From the human T2T-CHM13v2.0 reference genome, Homo sapiens, in NCBI RefSeq assembly GCF_009914755.1, contig NC_060947.1: a DNA stretch of 64,000 bases. One strand, 5' to 3'. The notes under the pieces are model-generated. The model saw only the letters and a program-made list of their open reading frames with translations. It searched no databases and was not told the DNA's origin. The position numbers and the translations under genes are program-made. Shown in pieces: positions 34,750 to 47,163 of this stretch (positions are counted from its first letter, which is position 1; the number at the start of each line of letters is the position of its first letter).

Positions 34750-35260
34750 TTGCATTAAGCTTTATTTTAATGGGTTTCAAAATTCTGTAACAGATTTTTG
34801 GTCAGGGCGTTTCCATTAAAAAGTGTTGATTTTAAAAACTAAAAACTTAAAACTGCCACATGCAAAAAAAAGGGGATCCAGAAAACATTCTCTTTTTCTT
34901 CTGAAGGTTTTACAATGCATTGTCATCATTAATCAGTTTTACTATTAAACTTAAAAGGCTAATTGAAACAAACAGTTCTGAGACCATTCTTCCACCACTG
35001 ATTAAAACTGGGGTGGCAGGTATTAGGGATAATATTCATCTAAAACTTCTGAGATTTCTGGTCAAACTTGGTGACCTTGCCAGCTCCAACAGCCTTCTTG
35101 TCCCTTGCTTTGATGACACATAATCAAGATATGATGTCTATCTCATATCATAAAGAGCAAAATGACTCAGAGGAGGATAGTCTGAGATACTGTCAACACA
35201 CATGGGTTTGCCAGGAGCCATATGAATGACAATGACTGCAGCATCACCAGACTTCAAGAA
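34750..35260 (-). pseudogene. 5'-truncated processed pseudogene of EEF1A1 (last ~70 codons plus whole 3'UTR)
   Basis: Reverse complement reads [40 protein letters not shown] ... DKKAVGAGKVTK, then TGA (35038-35036) and the EEF1A1 3'UTR (ATATTATCCCTAATACCTGCCACCCC...GGTCTCAGAACTGTTTGTTTCAATT). Decayed polyA at ~34736-34751. Confidence 0.93.
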
Positions 35261-35959
35261 CTCCTGTCAGCCTGAAATAGTATGGTTTTCTAGGTATCCT
35301 TGAAAAAAAATTTCCTCTCCATGCAAAATAACCCATGGAAACAGATAACCCTGCAGGTTAACAATAATTTCCCTATGTTTTCATTTTGATGTTTATCAAG
35401 CTGTTCTAGGAAACGTATTCTCTAATCTCTTTTGTATCACTATTTATTATTCATCTCTTGGCAGTCTGTTTCCTGTCTTCACTATAATTGTTCTCTCTAT
35501 AATCACCAATGACCTCTTCATTTTCAAAGATAGAGAAAATGTTTCAAATTCTAGATCTCTCTGTGGCATTTGAAACTGTTGCGGATGTCTTCTTCAGAAC
35601 ACTCCTTCCCTTTGTTCGTAATGACATAACTTTTCACTTACACTGAATTGTTGTCATGTAGCTGACACTCATTTTGCAAATTTTGCTGCTGGTAGTTTTG
35701 ATCTTTCCAGAAGATGTCAAAAGAAGTTATTCAGACCAGTTTCACACATGTACTGACAATGACAACTATCTAATGACTAGTTTCTGGCCAACAATGATTG
35801 TAAGACACTATGGGTTGTATGAAGCATCACAATTTCAAAGATGTTAAAATCTGAAAGAAATGTGCCTCTTAGAATCATTGGCATATGACCTTATGGTTTG
35901 GAGAGAACTGATCTGTGTTGCTTGAATTCAAGGTTTTAAGAAATAATGTAAACATATTT

Positions 35960-36110
35960 ATACATCCTCTGAACTTACCTCTTTTGCAGTAAAATAACTT
36001 CATCAACTAATGGGCTTTTAAGAGGCTGAAATGAGATAATGCATGTAAAGTATGTAATGCAGACAAAGTATCAGAGTCAGTAAGCACTCATAATAAACAC
36101 TTAATGAATG
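35960..36110 (+). mobile_element. MIR fragment followed by (TAG)n-like repeat
   Basis: tgaaatgagataatgcatgtaaag...taagcactcataataa. Confidence 0.6.
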
Positions 36111-37010
36111 ATAGTAGTAGTAGTTGTAACAGCAGTAGTAGTTATAATAGCAGTAGTAGTTATAATAGTGGTAACGTTATATTTTGAATAAAATAGTGGT
36201 AGAAGTAACATATGATATTTTCAGTAAAGCTTTAACTTAACAATGTTAATGAATTTAATATTCTAAAATGCTAAGTAAGACTCTTATATGTTTACTGAAG
36301 GCACTCTTCCTCTCAGAGTTTAAGTAACCTTAATAAATAATAACCACTTTTCAGAGATTTGCAACAACTGAATTAGATAATGCATGTGAAATATATTTGA
36401 CAGTTTATTAGTTGAAGAAGTACCTAAGGTTTGCAGCACAACATGAATTATAACTTACCTTTGTTGGTTCTAAAATTCTAAGGAAGATGATACAGAGTTA
36501 TTGAAGTTAATCTCAGAAAGGTTAAGTGATTCCACCTAATAATTTATTTTTTTTTGTCTGGATTGAATAAAATATATATAAAAGTATATAACAATTGTGA
36601 AATATGTGGCTTAGTGCATGACAAATAAGCCCTCAGTAAAAGGTAGTTATTATTATTGGAATTATTGTTAGTGACACCTGATATTTTCAATGGTAGTTCA
36701 TATCTAGTTTTCCTCTTTGGCCAAATCAGGAATTTCAAAAATATTGAAGATTGCCTCATGATATTTGCTAAACTTACTTAATTTTTCTGAAGTTAACTTC
36801 ATCAAATAACATGTGCCTTGCGGAATTTTTATAAAAATGAATGATGAATTTAAAGTGTTTTGTTGCCAGTATTGCTGTTATTTATATTTACCAGACATGA
36901 TAATATCGCATGAATTACTATTGGTTGAAATAAAAATGCTAAGACAAACTTAACACATTTGCTGAACTTAACTCTCTAGCACTTAAATAACTTAATGCAT
37001 TAACATAGAA

Positions 37011-37815
<805 letters not shown>

Positions 37816-38899
37816 ACACTTACCTTTTATTTTTTTTTAAAGTATTGAATAAGACAGTGTACAACATATATTGTTATTAATGCTGCTTTTGTTGTTGCTT
37901 TTTATAATTTCCTCATATGTTTGAAATAACTTGAATTTCTTCTTGTTTTGTTGATTGCATTCATGGTTTCTAAAAACAAAAGAAAATTAATGACAGTGCA
38001 GATTTGGTAAACTGGTTAAGCTACTTTGCCAAATAATACCTGTCTTATAAAGTTTTTAACCAAATTGAGATAATACATTCTACATCTGTAATGTCAGTAA
38101 TATACATGGCTCAGTGCCTGGCACATAGGATACACTCAATAAATGGCAGCTATTAGAATCACCCTTTCCTCAATGCACAAAAAATAATACAAATAGATGC
38201 CAGGGATAAAATTGGCCTCATCTACCCAATAACAGCTTCAGCTTATCTACAGTGACTTTGCTACCCTCTCTTGCTGTCCCTTGACAAGGCCTACTTTAGG
38301 CTCAAGAATCCCTTAGACAAGTGAATAAATCATTTAACAGAAGCGAGCTAACATTACTCTGGAGTTGGTCTCTAAGTGATACAAACTTCCACCAATCTCA
38401 TGGCCTGTGTGTGAGGCCTTCCCCAGAAACGTCCAAGTGTGTCTATGAATACTTAGAATATATGCAGCATTTCCTGTGGGAAATTGAAGGTACATGCCTC
38501 AGTCATGATGCCTCCAGGGTGAAAGCAAATTCCCCAGATTGAGTCTCTAGCCCCACGCTGTAGTATCTAAGGTGCTGGGTGGTTGGCAAGGTAGGAGATT
38601 GAAGAGGGAAACACCACTCCTGCATCCTTTATTGCTTTTGCTGTAAGGAACCTGGAAAGGTATAACAGAGTTTCCTATCAACACATTGTCAGAAAATGGC
38701 CTTCTTCCCTACAGTTTTATCAAACAGGTGGTTGAATGTTTCTATTTAGGGATCCAAATGTTTTTTTGCTCTGGAAGGAATCACTTCCAAGATTAGCAGT
38801 GGCCAATCAGTTTTGGAGACTTTTTAAAATCTGAGGCTTAACAGTGATGTTACTCTGTTTCAGAAAGGACCTCTATGTCTTCTTTTCTCTTTTTTTAAA

Positions 38900-39390
38900 T
38901 TGAAAAAAATTATTAAACTTTCTGTTTCATAGTTGACTTTCAAAGATTACAAAGGTAGAATTATAAAATAAAGCCCATGAACTCATCATCCAGCTCCAAG
39001 ATTTATCAGCCTGTGGACTGTCTTGTTTCATCCATACTTTCATCCACTTCTCCCTCCCGTATTATTTTGAAATAACTCCAAACATCATAATACTTCATCT
39101 GTAAGTGTTTTAGTATGTATATCAAAAAATAAAAGAGCTGTCTTTTTATATAACCACAATATCAATACCTCACCTAAAAATTAATGAACAATAATTATTT
39201 AATATCATCCAAAGGCCAGTCATTGTTCAGATTTTTAATTGTGTCATGAAAATTTTTAACATGTTTTTGTTTTCATCAAGATCCCAAGAAGATCCACATA
39301 TTATAATTACTTGATAGATCTTTTAAGTATCTCTTAATATATAAGTTCCCCCTCTAACATTTTCTCTTGTAAATTTTTTTAAAGAAACTC
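38900..39390 (-). mobile_element. Ancient L1MC/ME 3' fragment
   Basis: ttattttgaaataactccaaacatcataat, ataaccacaatatc motifs. Confidence 0.55.
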
Positions 39391-40899
39391 TTTCTTCTTT
39401 TAAAAATCTTATATTAACTTTCTGCAGACTAATCCGTCACTAAAATATGTTATTAAGGTTAAGCCAACACTGATGTCTTTAGGGCATGTTTGATCTGTGC
39501 TGTCTAGAGATTACCTTACGTTTATGATTTTTCACATAAAGATTTAAACAACACAGTCTGGCAGCTTTCTTAACTGCTTTTTTTTTTTTTTAACTCTTAA
39601 GAAATATATTCTGTGTGGTTCTGCTGTACTCTATATTCCCAAATTCCTGTTGAAATTTCCCAGGCATTTCATCAAACTTGGTGAAAAATCACTTTCTCTT
39701 TTCTCCTTCTAATAATTGTCATTCCACCCCATCTAGGTGCAAAGGTCTCTGCTTTAGGATCTGGCCATGCACTACTTGAGGTGACTTACTGTTTGCAGTG
39801 CCTCCTCATTTTCAGTCTTTCCTACTTTCTTGAATGGTGTGCCTAGGTTCAGAGCTATAGGTAGGCATGGACCAATACCCAGGGAAGTCTTGTCATATCT
39901 GTTGTGGCTTCCTCACCCTGTTACTTGGCTTCCTACTCTAGGAAAAGGCCAGTCATTTTAGAAATTCCATGTCTGAGGAAGAAGACTTAAAGATCACTTT
40001 CAAAACACTCTCTTCTTTCTATCTTCCCAGAGATTAAACATCCGTCAACATTCTCAGCAAGCTCTAGCAAAGAAGCATTGACTCATTGTTTTTTTTCCCT
40101 CTTGATCATCCAGCCAGACACTCTATACCTGACTAGGCATGTTAAAGCAACTAGTAAGGACTTTCTGTTTCAGGTTTGTCACAGTTGCTTGTGTGTTCTC
40201 TAAGGTCAGCAAGGATCTCTGAGAATGCATTTCTGTCTCCTCTCACAGTTCATGATGTAGACACCTACCAGCCCAGGATTCCTAATAATCTCTAATGGAA
40301 CCCCACAAATACAATCTGAACTTCCCAGGCTTCGACTTCCTGTGGACACAAGACAGGACAGCAATCTCTATCTGTTATCTATTTATCTCTATGTATTGAT
40401 GCAGGACCTCTTGAAGACCTACTGTGGTTATTTCTGAAAGCTTCCAGATATCTTACTTATGCTCAGGCACAAGATCACCTTCTGCTCCCACCTCCTCATT
40501 GATATTTCCTAACTATGGGCCTATTTATTGAAGGAAGTGCTTCCCTAGAGTACTACCTCTCAGTATTCTTAAAACAAAAATGCTCAAAATTCCACACAGA
40601 AACTGGAGGACTGCATATCTCCCAACTCTACATTTTACCCTCTCTTGACTTTGAAACATTGCTCATGCCCAGAGACTCAAAATAAAACAAACAAACAAAA
40701 ACCCTTGCTAAAAAGAGAATCTTTTCAGTCTCTGCTTATTGACTATTTCTGCATAGTAGTTAGACTCAGCCCAGCCATCCCTAATAGGCTATTATTACTA
40801 TTACAGGTGGTATTTGTCTCATTTTTATTGAATTTGGAAAATGATATGCTAAAGAAAGAATGATTGGCTTTATTAATGTCATCAAGTACAGATGTGAAT

Positions 40900-41040
40900 T
40901 TATTCATTGATTCAACAAATATTTATCGAGTGCCTTCTCTGAGCCAGGACGATTCTTGGAACTGGAAATCCAACAAATCTGACACAATCCACCCTTTGAC
41001 ACAACCGTGTCTCTAATATAGTTAATATCAATAAGGGTAA
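40900..41040 (-). mobile_element. L2 3' end fragment
   Basis: attcattgattcaacaaatatttatcgagtgcc...gagccagg. Confidence 0.7.
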
Positions 41041-41240
41041 TTCCATGCCTTCTACAGAATTTAGGGAGAAGGCATTCCTAACATGAAAAACGCCATCATT
41101 TTCTGATGCCATACTGCTAGTGTTTCATGTGACTATCGATTATGCCGTGAATAGCTTTCAACAAATATCAGGTCTGAATTTCCTTCCGTAAAATGCAAAT
41201 TAATGTATGCCGTTGAATACATCTGTTCAGTCCTTCAAGA

Positions 41241-41275
41241 TGCTATAACAACCCCCTTCCTTTTTCTTCCTTTAG
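41241..41275 (+). promoter_or_regulatory. HTR2C: 3' splice site of the last HTR2C intron
   Basis: tgctataac (branch-point-like), then acccccttcctttttcttccttt (pyrimidine tract), then AG. Confidence 0.93.
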
Positions 41276-41567
41276 GTGTATCAGTTCCTATCCCTGTGAT
41301 TGGACTGAGGGACGAAGAAAAGGTGTTCGTGAACAACACGACGTGCGTGCTCAACGACCCAAATTTCGTTCTTATTGGGTCCTTCGTAGCTTTCTTCATA
41401 CCGCTGACGATTATGGTGATTACGTATTGCCTGACCATCTACGTTCTGCGCCGACAAGCTTTGATGTTACTGCACGGCCACACCGAGGAACCGCCTGGAC
41501 TAAGTCTGGATTTCCTGAAGTGCTGCAAGAGGAATACGGCCGAGGAAGAGAACTCTGCAAACCCTAA
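41276..41567 (+). CDS. HTR2C: Alternative-frame C-terminus of the truncated 5-HT2C splice isoform (CISSYPCDWTEG...GRELCKP*)
   Basis: Frame starting TGT at 41277 is open for 96 codons to TAA 41565-41567 and contains the track ORF 41343-41567. It matches the recalled tail of the isoform made with the upstream alternative donor (95-nt skip). Confidence 0.85.
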
Positions 41568-42102
41568 CCAAGACCAGAACGCACGCCGAAGAAAGAAGAA
41601 GGAGAGACGTCCTAGGGGCACCATGCAGGCTATCAACAATGAAAGAAAAGCTTCGAAAGTCCTTGGGATTGTTTTCTTTGTGTTTCTGATCATGTGGTGC
41701 CCATTTTTCATTACCAATATTCTGTCTGTTCTTTGTGAGAAGTCCTGTAACCAAAAGCTCATGGAAAAGCTTCTGAATGTGTTTGTTTGGATTGGCTATG
41801 TTTGTTCAGGAATCAATCCTCTGGTGTATACTCTGTTCAACAAAATTTACCGAAGGGCATTCTCCAACTATTTGCGTTGCAATTATAAGGTAGAGAAAAA
41901 GCCTCCTGTCAGGCAGATTCCAAGAGTTGCCGCCACTGCTTTGTCTGGGAGGGAGCTTAATGTTAACATTTATCGGCATACCAATGAACCGGTGATCGAG
42001 AAAGCCAGTGACAATGAGCCCGGTATAGAGATGCAAGTTGAGAATTTAGAGTTACCAGTAAATCCCTCCAGTGTGGTTAGCGAAAGGATTAGCAGTGTGT
42101 GA
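41276..42102 (+). CDS. HTR2C: 5-hydroxytryptamine receptor 2C, terminal coding exon (end of TM4 to C-terminus, ~G184-V458)
   Basis: Translation GVSVPIPVIGLRDEEKVFVNNTTCVLNDPNFVLIGSFVAFFIP...CPFF (TM6 WCPFF)...INPLVY (NPxxY)...SERISSV (PDZ ligand) matches 5-HT2C as recalled. Polypyrimidine tract plus AG at 41274-41275 with a phase-1 split Gly codon; TGA at 42100-42102. Confidence 0.98.
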
Positions 42103-42351
42103 GAAAGAACAGCACAGTCTTTTCCTACGGTACAAGCTACATATGTAGGAAAATTTTCTTCTTTAATTTTTCTGTTGGTCTTAACTAATGTAAATATTGC
42201 TGTCTGAAAAAGTGTTTTTACATATAGCTTTGCAACCTTGTACTTTACAATCATGCCTACATTAGTGAGATTTAGGGTTCTATATTTACTGTTTATAATA
42301 GGTGGAGACTAACTTATTTTGATTGTTTGATGAATAAAATGTTTATTTTTG

Positions 42352-42410
42352 CTCTCCCTCCCTTCTTTCCTTCCTTTTTTCCTTTCTTCCTTCCTTTCTC
42401 TCTTTCTTTT
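42352..42410. repeat. (CCTT/CTTT)n polypyrimidine repeat in 3'UTR
   Basis: ctctccctcccttctttccttcctttt... Confidence 0.85.
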
Positions 42411-44728
42411 GTGCATATGGCAACGTTCATGTTCATCTCAGGTGGCATTTGCAGGTGACCAGAATGAGGCACATGACAGTGGTTATATTTCAACCACACC
42501 TAAATTAACAAATTCAGTGGACATTTGTTCTGGGTTAACAGTAAATATACACTTTACATTCTTGCTCTGCTCATCTACACATATAAACACAGTAAGATAG
42601 GTTCTGCTTTCTGATACATCTGTCAGTGAGTCAGAGGCAGAACCTAGTCTTGTTGTTCATATAGGGGCAAAAATTTGACATTGTCAGAATGTTGTGTTGG
42701 TATTTACTGCAATGTCTGTCCCTAAACATAGTGGTATTTTAACATAGCAGCTGGTTAACCGGGACTACAGAAGTGGAAGGATAATGAGATGTAATACACC
42801 AAATAGCTTTTCACTTCTTAAGGACAGTGTTCAAATTCTGATTATTACAACAAGCAAACTGAAATTAGTGTTTTCATTCTGGTCCTTAGTAAATTCCTAA
42901 TTCTATGATTAAACTGGGAAATGAGATCCCAGAGTTATTTCCCAACCCAGGATTCAACATCAATTGGGTTTTGATCTCAGCATCCTGGAAATTTGTGTGC
43001 TTCACACAAAGTGAAATTAGTATTTTGAGCCTTATTAAAATATTTTCTTAATTATGGTACCTCTGTCTATAGGACTTAATTTAGCAGTCCATTTTTGAGT
43101 AAAACTTGTATTGGAAGTATAGATGGTAGAAACTTTGGAAGTTTTACTTGATTAAGGACTACAGAATTGGGCCCTTAGAATGTGAAAAAAAAAAGTAATT
43201 AAAAAGACACTTTTACCGAACTCGGGATTACAGAAACACGGAGTTTCCATTTGGATTTTAAACAAAATTTATGTCATTTTCAGATCCTTCCAAACTCTCT
43301 AGTGCAGGAAAAGGCTGCAGCTAATTTGTGAAAGTGGCAAGCTCTTCATTGCACTGCAGTTATTTACCAGAAGTTTAAATCTTTGTTAAAATATAGTGTT
43401 GTGTTACAATAAGTGTTGGCCATCATTTCATTCGTGGGCCTGCTGCTCTCTAAGAATTCAGTAGCATTTTAATAGTTTCTAAACCATGAAAAGTTTTCAA
43501 GCATTGCTAAAGTCAGGCCATTCAGTCTATGCTGTGTGCAGAGTATACAAGTGTTTCTAGTAACAGTATTTCCATACGTGCCCATTTCACACAACTGTGG
43601 ATAAATTTTGGAAGAATTCATGATGCTAGTTCTTACGCTTGACAGTTACTTACACACCTGAGAATGTGCCTCTCAGTATCTTAAAATTGGTTAATGAAAA
43701 ATCTGAATTTCTAAAACCCTTGGTCTGTGTTCTCAACACACAGTATAGATAAATCCAATAGTCTGCCACAAGGGCAGTGGAAGAGCTGCTGTATTTGAGG
43801 AAACTCATACAGTCTCTATTTGATTTGCAACACTGCCAAACATCAGTCAATTGCTTGAGCATGCCCAAATATAACATGAAAGTCAAGTCTACCTGCCTTG
43901 CCTGTTAGGTCTGTTGAAGTGCATGTTAAAATAATTATATGAAGCAGAATGAGATGATTTAATTCTTACCGAAATGAAAATGGCTGAAGAAACACAGCAT
44001 GCATTTAGCATGAGTTCTGCACATACAGATGGTGTCCTGCATGTATGCCATGTATGTTGCATGAATCCATCGATTTGTATTAATGTAGGGCAGAATAGCT
44101 GATAGAAGAAGGACTGAAGAAAATCCTTCAGCAATCCTTAAAAAGACCATGCATTCAGATCTGAAGTAGTGTGAGTGTTAGAAAAAACTGGAAACATCTG
44201 ATTTCTGAACTATCAGGGCAAGCTCATAGCACATGTTTTACAAAGAAACAAAATATAAATCACAGATTTCCAAAAGTACTAGCAATAAGTTGAATGATAA
44301 TAGCTCACAGCACATTTGTTAATGATTCTTGTGTCATCAAGTAGTAGTACTTAATAGTACCCAACCTGGTAATTATCCTCAAGTTGTGTGCTATTCGTAA
44401 GTTCTGTGCAGTTTGGTATGAAACAAATATACTCATTTGGATATAAATCTTACCCTTCAATGTTAAATCTACAAACTTTTATAAATGTTTTAAAGAAGTC
44501 CATGTGATAATTGTAAAGGTGATGAATTTACCATCAAACAAATCATTTTGATGTATTATTATATATGTATATCTGTGTAAGACACGTGCAACAGACTGCC
44601 TTATATTATTTTCTGTAATTCTTCTCCTTTGTCAAATGGTATTTTTTGTGAATGGTTGCAAAGTGTTGTCTTATTCCTAATTCCTGTATGTTATCCACTA
44701 CAGGTTTTATGAGACTTCCTATTAATTT

Positions 44729-44743
44729 ATTAAATTTATTAAA
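44729..44743 (+). terminator. Tandem ATTAAA polyadenylation signals
   Basis: ATTAAA at 44729-44734 and 44738-44743, upstream TGTA at ~44685, downstream tgtctttttt at ~44763. Confidence 0.75.
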
Positions 44744-45227
44744 TGTTGGCTAATATGTCACATGTCTTTTTTCCCCAGAATCTTTTGAGGGAAACATATA
44801 CCACTTGACACTTGACTTCATTTTCATAGAAAATGAAATTGTATCCTATAAAATAAGTTGACAAAGACAAATGCAACCAGAAAAGATCACTTTCTTTTTA
44901 GTAATGATGCATGTACTCAAAGACTATGGCATCAGAGGAAAAACAAGAGGTGTGACTGAGAAAAACAATATCAACAACAGCATCACCAATTCCTCATGAG
45001 CAAAATAACCACACTCCCAAATTGTTCTGCCTTCCTTACTTGAGCAAGGACGAGGGTGGTTCACATGCTCTCCTTGTTATAGGTGTCAGTACTGCCTTAT
45101 TCCCACTGGAATCTAAGTTCCTCAAGGACAGAAAGGACCATGTTTGTCCTGTAGATGGTTTGTCTCCAACACTTAGCAGCCTCTCTACATTCAACATGTA
45201 TTCATTGAGTATTAATATTTGCAAGTA

Positions 45228-45523
45228 CCAGGGCTGGTGGCTCATGCCTGTAATCCCAGCACTTTGGGAGGCTGAAGTAGGAGAATCACTTGAGTTCAGG
45301 AGTTTGAGACCAGTCTGGGCAACACAGCAAGGCCTCATCCCCAATAAAAATAAAAAAATAATTAGCCAGGCACTGTGGTGCATGCCTGTAGTCCCAGCTA
45401 CTTGGGAGGCTGAGGCGATTGCTTGAGCCCAGGAGATAGATGCTACAGTGAGCCATGATCATGCCACTGCACTGCAGCCTGGGAGACAGAGCGAGACACT
45501 CTCAAAAAAAGAAAAGAAAAAAA
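45228..45523 (+). mobile_element. AluJ
   Basis: cttgagttcaggagtttgagacc...gattgcttgagcccagg (J-type). Confidence 0.9.
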
Positions 45524-46262
45524 TTTGAAGGAATTGTGTTATCTGTTCCAGTTGCCAAACTAGGTCTTACAACTCCCAGCTCTTCAGTCATGAGATGTGG
45601 CATGATCACCTTAATTTATCTCTTATATCAACTGGCTTTGGATACCTCCAAAATCATCAGAGACATGATACTAAAACAACTCTCTTCTTCCATACCTGGA
45701 ACCAGGGATGACAGAATACGTTGACCTTTTCTTTCAACATATATGCTCTTCTGATGCTGGGTGAGTGTAGAAAATACTGGCATGACGTCAGTTCCCTGAG
45801 GAAAAAAAAAGCAGTAATACCTCATTTCTCTGCAACTCTGAGTAGGTCGGTTCCTATGAGTAGGTCAAGACATAAAGGTTGAAATGCCACTTGAAACAAT
45901 AGGTTTACTGCTGCCCATGGCCAGAAATATCTTATTCTGCTAAAGCTAGGGGCTACTCGAGCCCATCACTGAGGCAATGGAGAGAGGCTGAAATTTCTTG
46001 ATGGCCCAGTCTAGGAGTCACTACTACCAGTGGAAGGGAGGAGGGCAGAAGAACACTGAAGTGCCTCAGTCTGTAGCTCTAGAAGGTCTTCATGGTCTGA
46101 GGAGAGAAAGAAAAATGCTTCTTGCCATCAAGTAGCAATAGGTTTCTTTTATCCATGTGGTTTCCCAGCTCCCACTTAGGCCAATGCAATTTCCAAGGTT
46201 GAGGCCCATTTTTCCTTGTGTATTCTCCCCTAGATATATGTAAACCCATCCGTCACCTGGAT

Positions 46263-46606
46263 CAGCAGTCCCCAACCTTTTTGGCATTAGGGACCAGTTT
46301 CTTGGAGGACAATGTTTCCACAGATGGTGAAGTGAGGGTGGGAGATGGTTTTGGGATAAAACTGTTCCACCTCAGATCATCAGGCATCAGTGAGATTCTC
46401 ATAAGGAATGTGCAACATAGATCTCACACATATGTAGTTCACAATAGAGTTTGCACTCCTATGAGAATCTAATGCTGCTGATCTGGCAGGTGTAGGAGCT
46501 CAGGCAGTAATGATCACTGGCCCACCACTCACCTCCTGCTGTGTGGCCCAGTTCCTAACAGGCCGCAGACCAGTATCCATCCTCAGCCAGGGGTTTGAGG
46601 ACCCCG
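46263..46606. mobile_element. MER1-like hAT-Charlie element
   Basis: cagcagtccccaacctttttggc...ggggtttgaggacccc termini. Confidence 0.8.
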
Positions 46607-47163
46607 ATCTAGAGAACTGATTATATTAGAAAGAGATATTTTTGTATATCAACAGGAATAGGTGGCATCAGAGTGGTTCTCAAATATTATGTGACCTATA
46701 GCATTCTCAAAACATAAATAGTTCTAAGACATAGATTGGGTCCCCTGGGATATAAATTCTCAGATGAAGAAAAGTGTGCAGGATGTTTATTGGGAAGTGA
46801 TCTTGAGCCCTCTATGCATGGGAGAAAGAAAGAAATTAGGATTGGACAGAGGTAGAAGTTGGGCTGTGATAGAGTTACAATAAGAACTTATTTCCCCTTC
46901 ACCTTTAGAGGGGAAAACATAGCACTCCATGTTATTTTTCTTTGAAACTTAAGTTGATTCTTGTGAAAGAGGTTCACAGAGACAAACACACCAGAAAGTA
47001 CCACTCTTCCTGACTAATTATGCATGTACTTAAAGATTACAATACCAGAGGCAAGACAATTAAGAGGAATGAACACCAAAAAACGATATCACAGTTAGCA
47101 GAGCCCCATGGAGAGCTTTGAATCTAGGATAACCTTCAGAATTATTACAAGTTGAGGTGAGAG

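Larger units (their letters stand above)
42103..44760 (+). other. HTR2C: HTR2C 3'UTR (~2.65 kb, essentially free of interspersed repeats)
   Basis: Unique AU-rich sequence after the stop, ending at tandem ATTAAA followed by a GU/U-rich element. The exact cleavage site is approximate. Confidence 0.8.

Noticed and set aside
41203-41275. N-terminal MYAVEYICSVLQDAITTPFLFLPL of the 299-aa track ORF
   Set aside because: Intronic read-through of the branch point and pyrimidine tract; no evidence for an independent start.
41235-42254. Several antisense ORFs over the HTR2C exon
   Set aside because: Shadow ORFs of a coding exon with no recognisable protein features.
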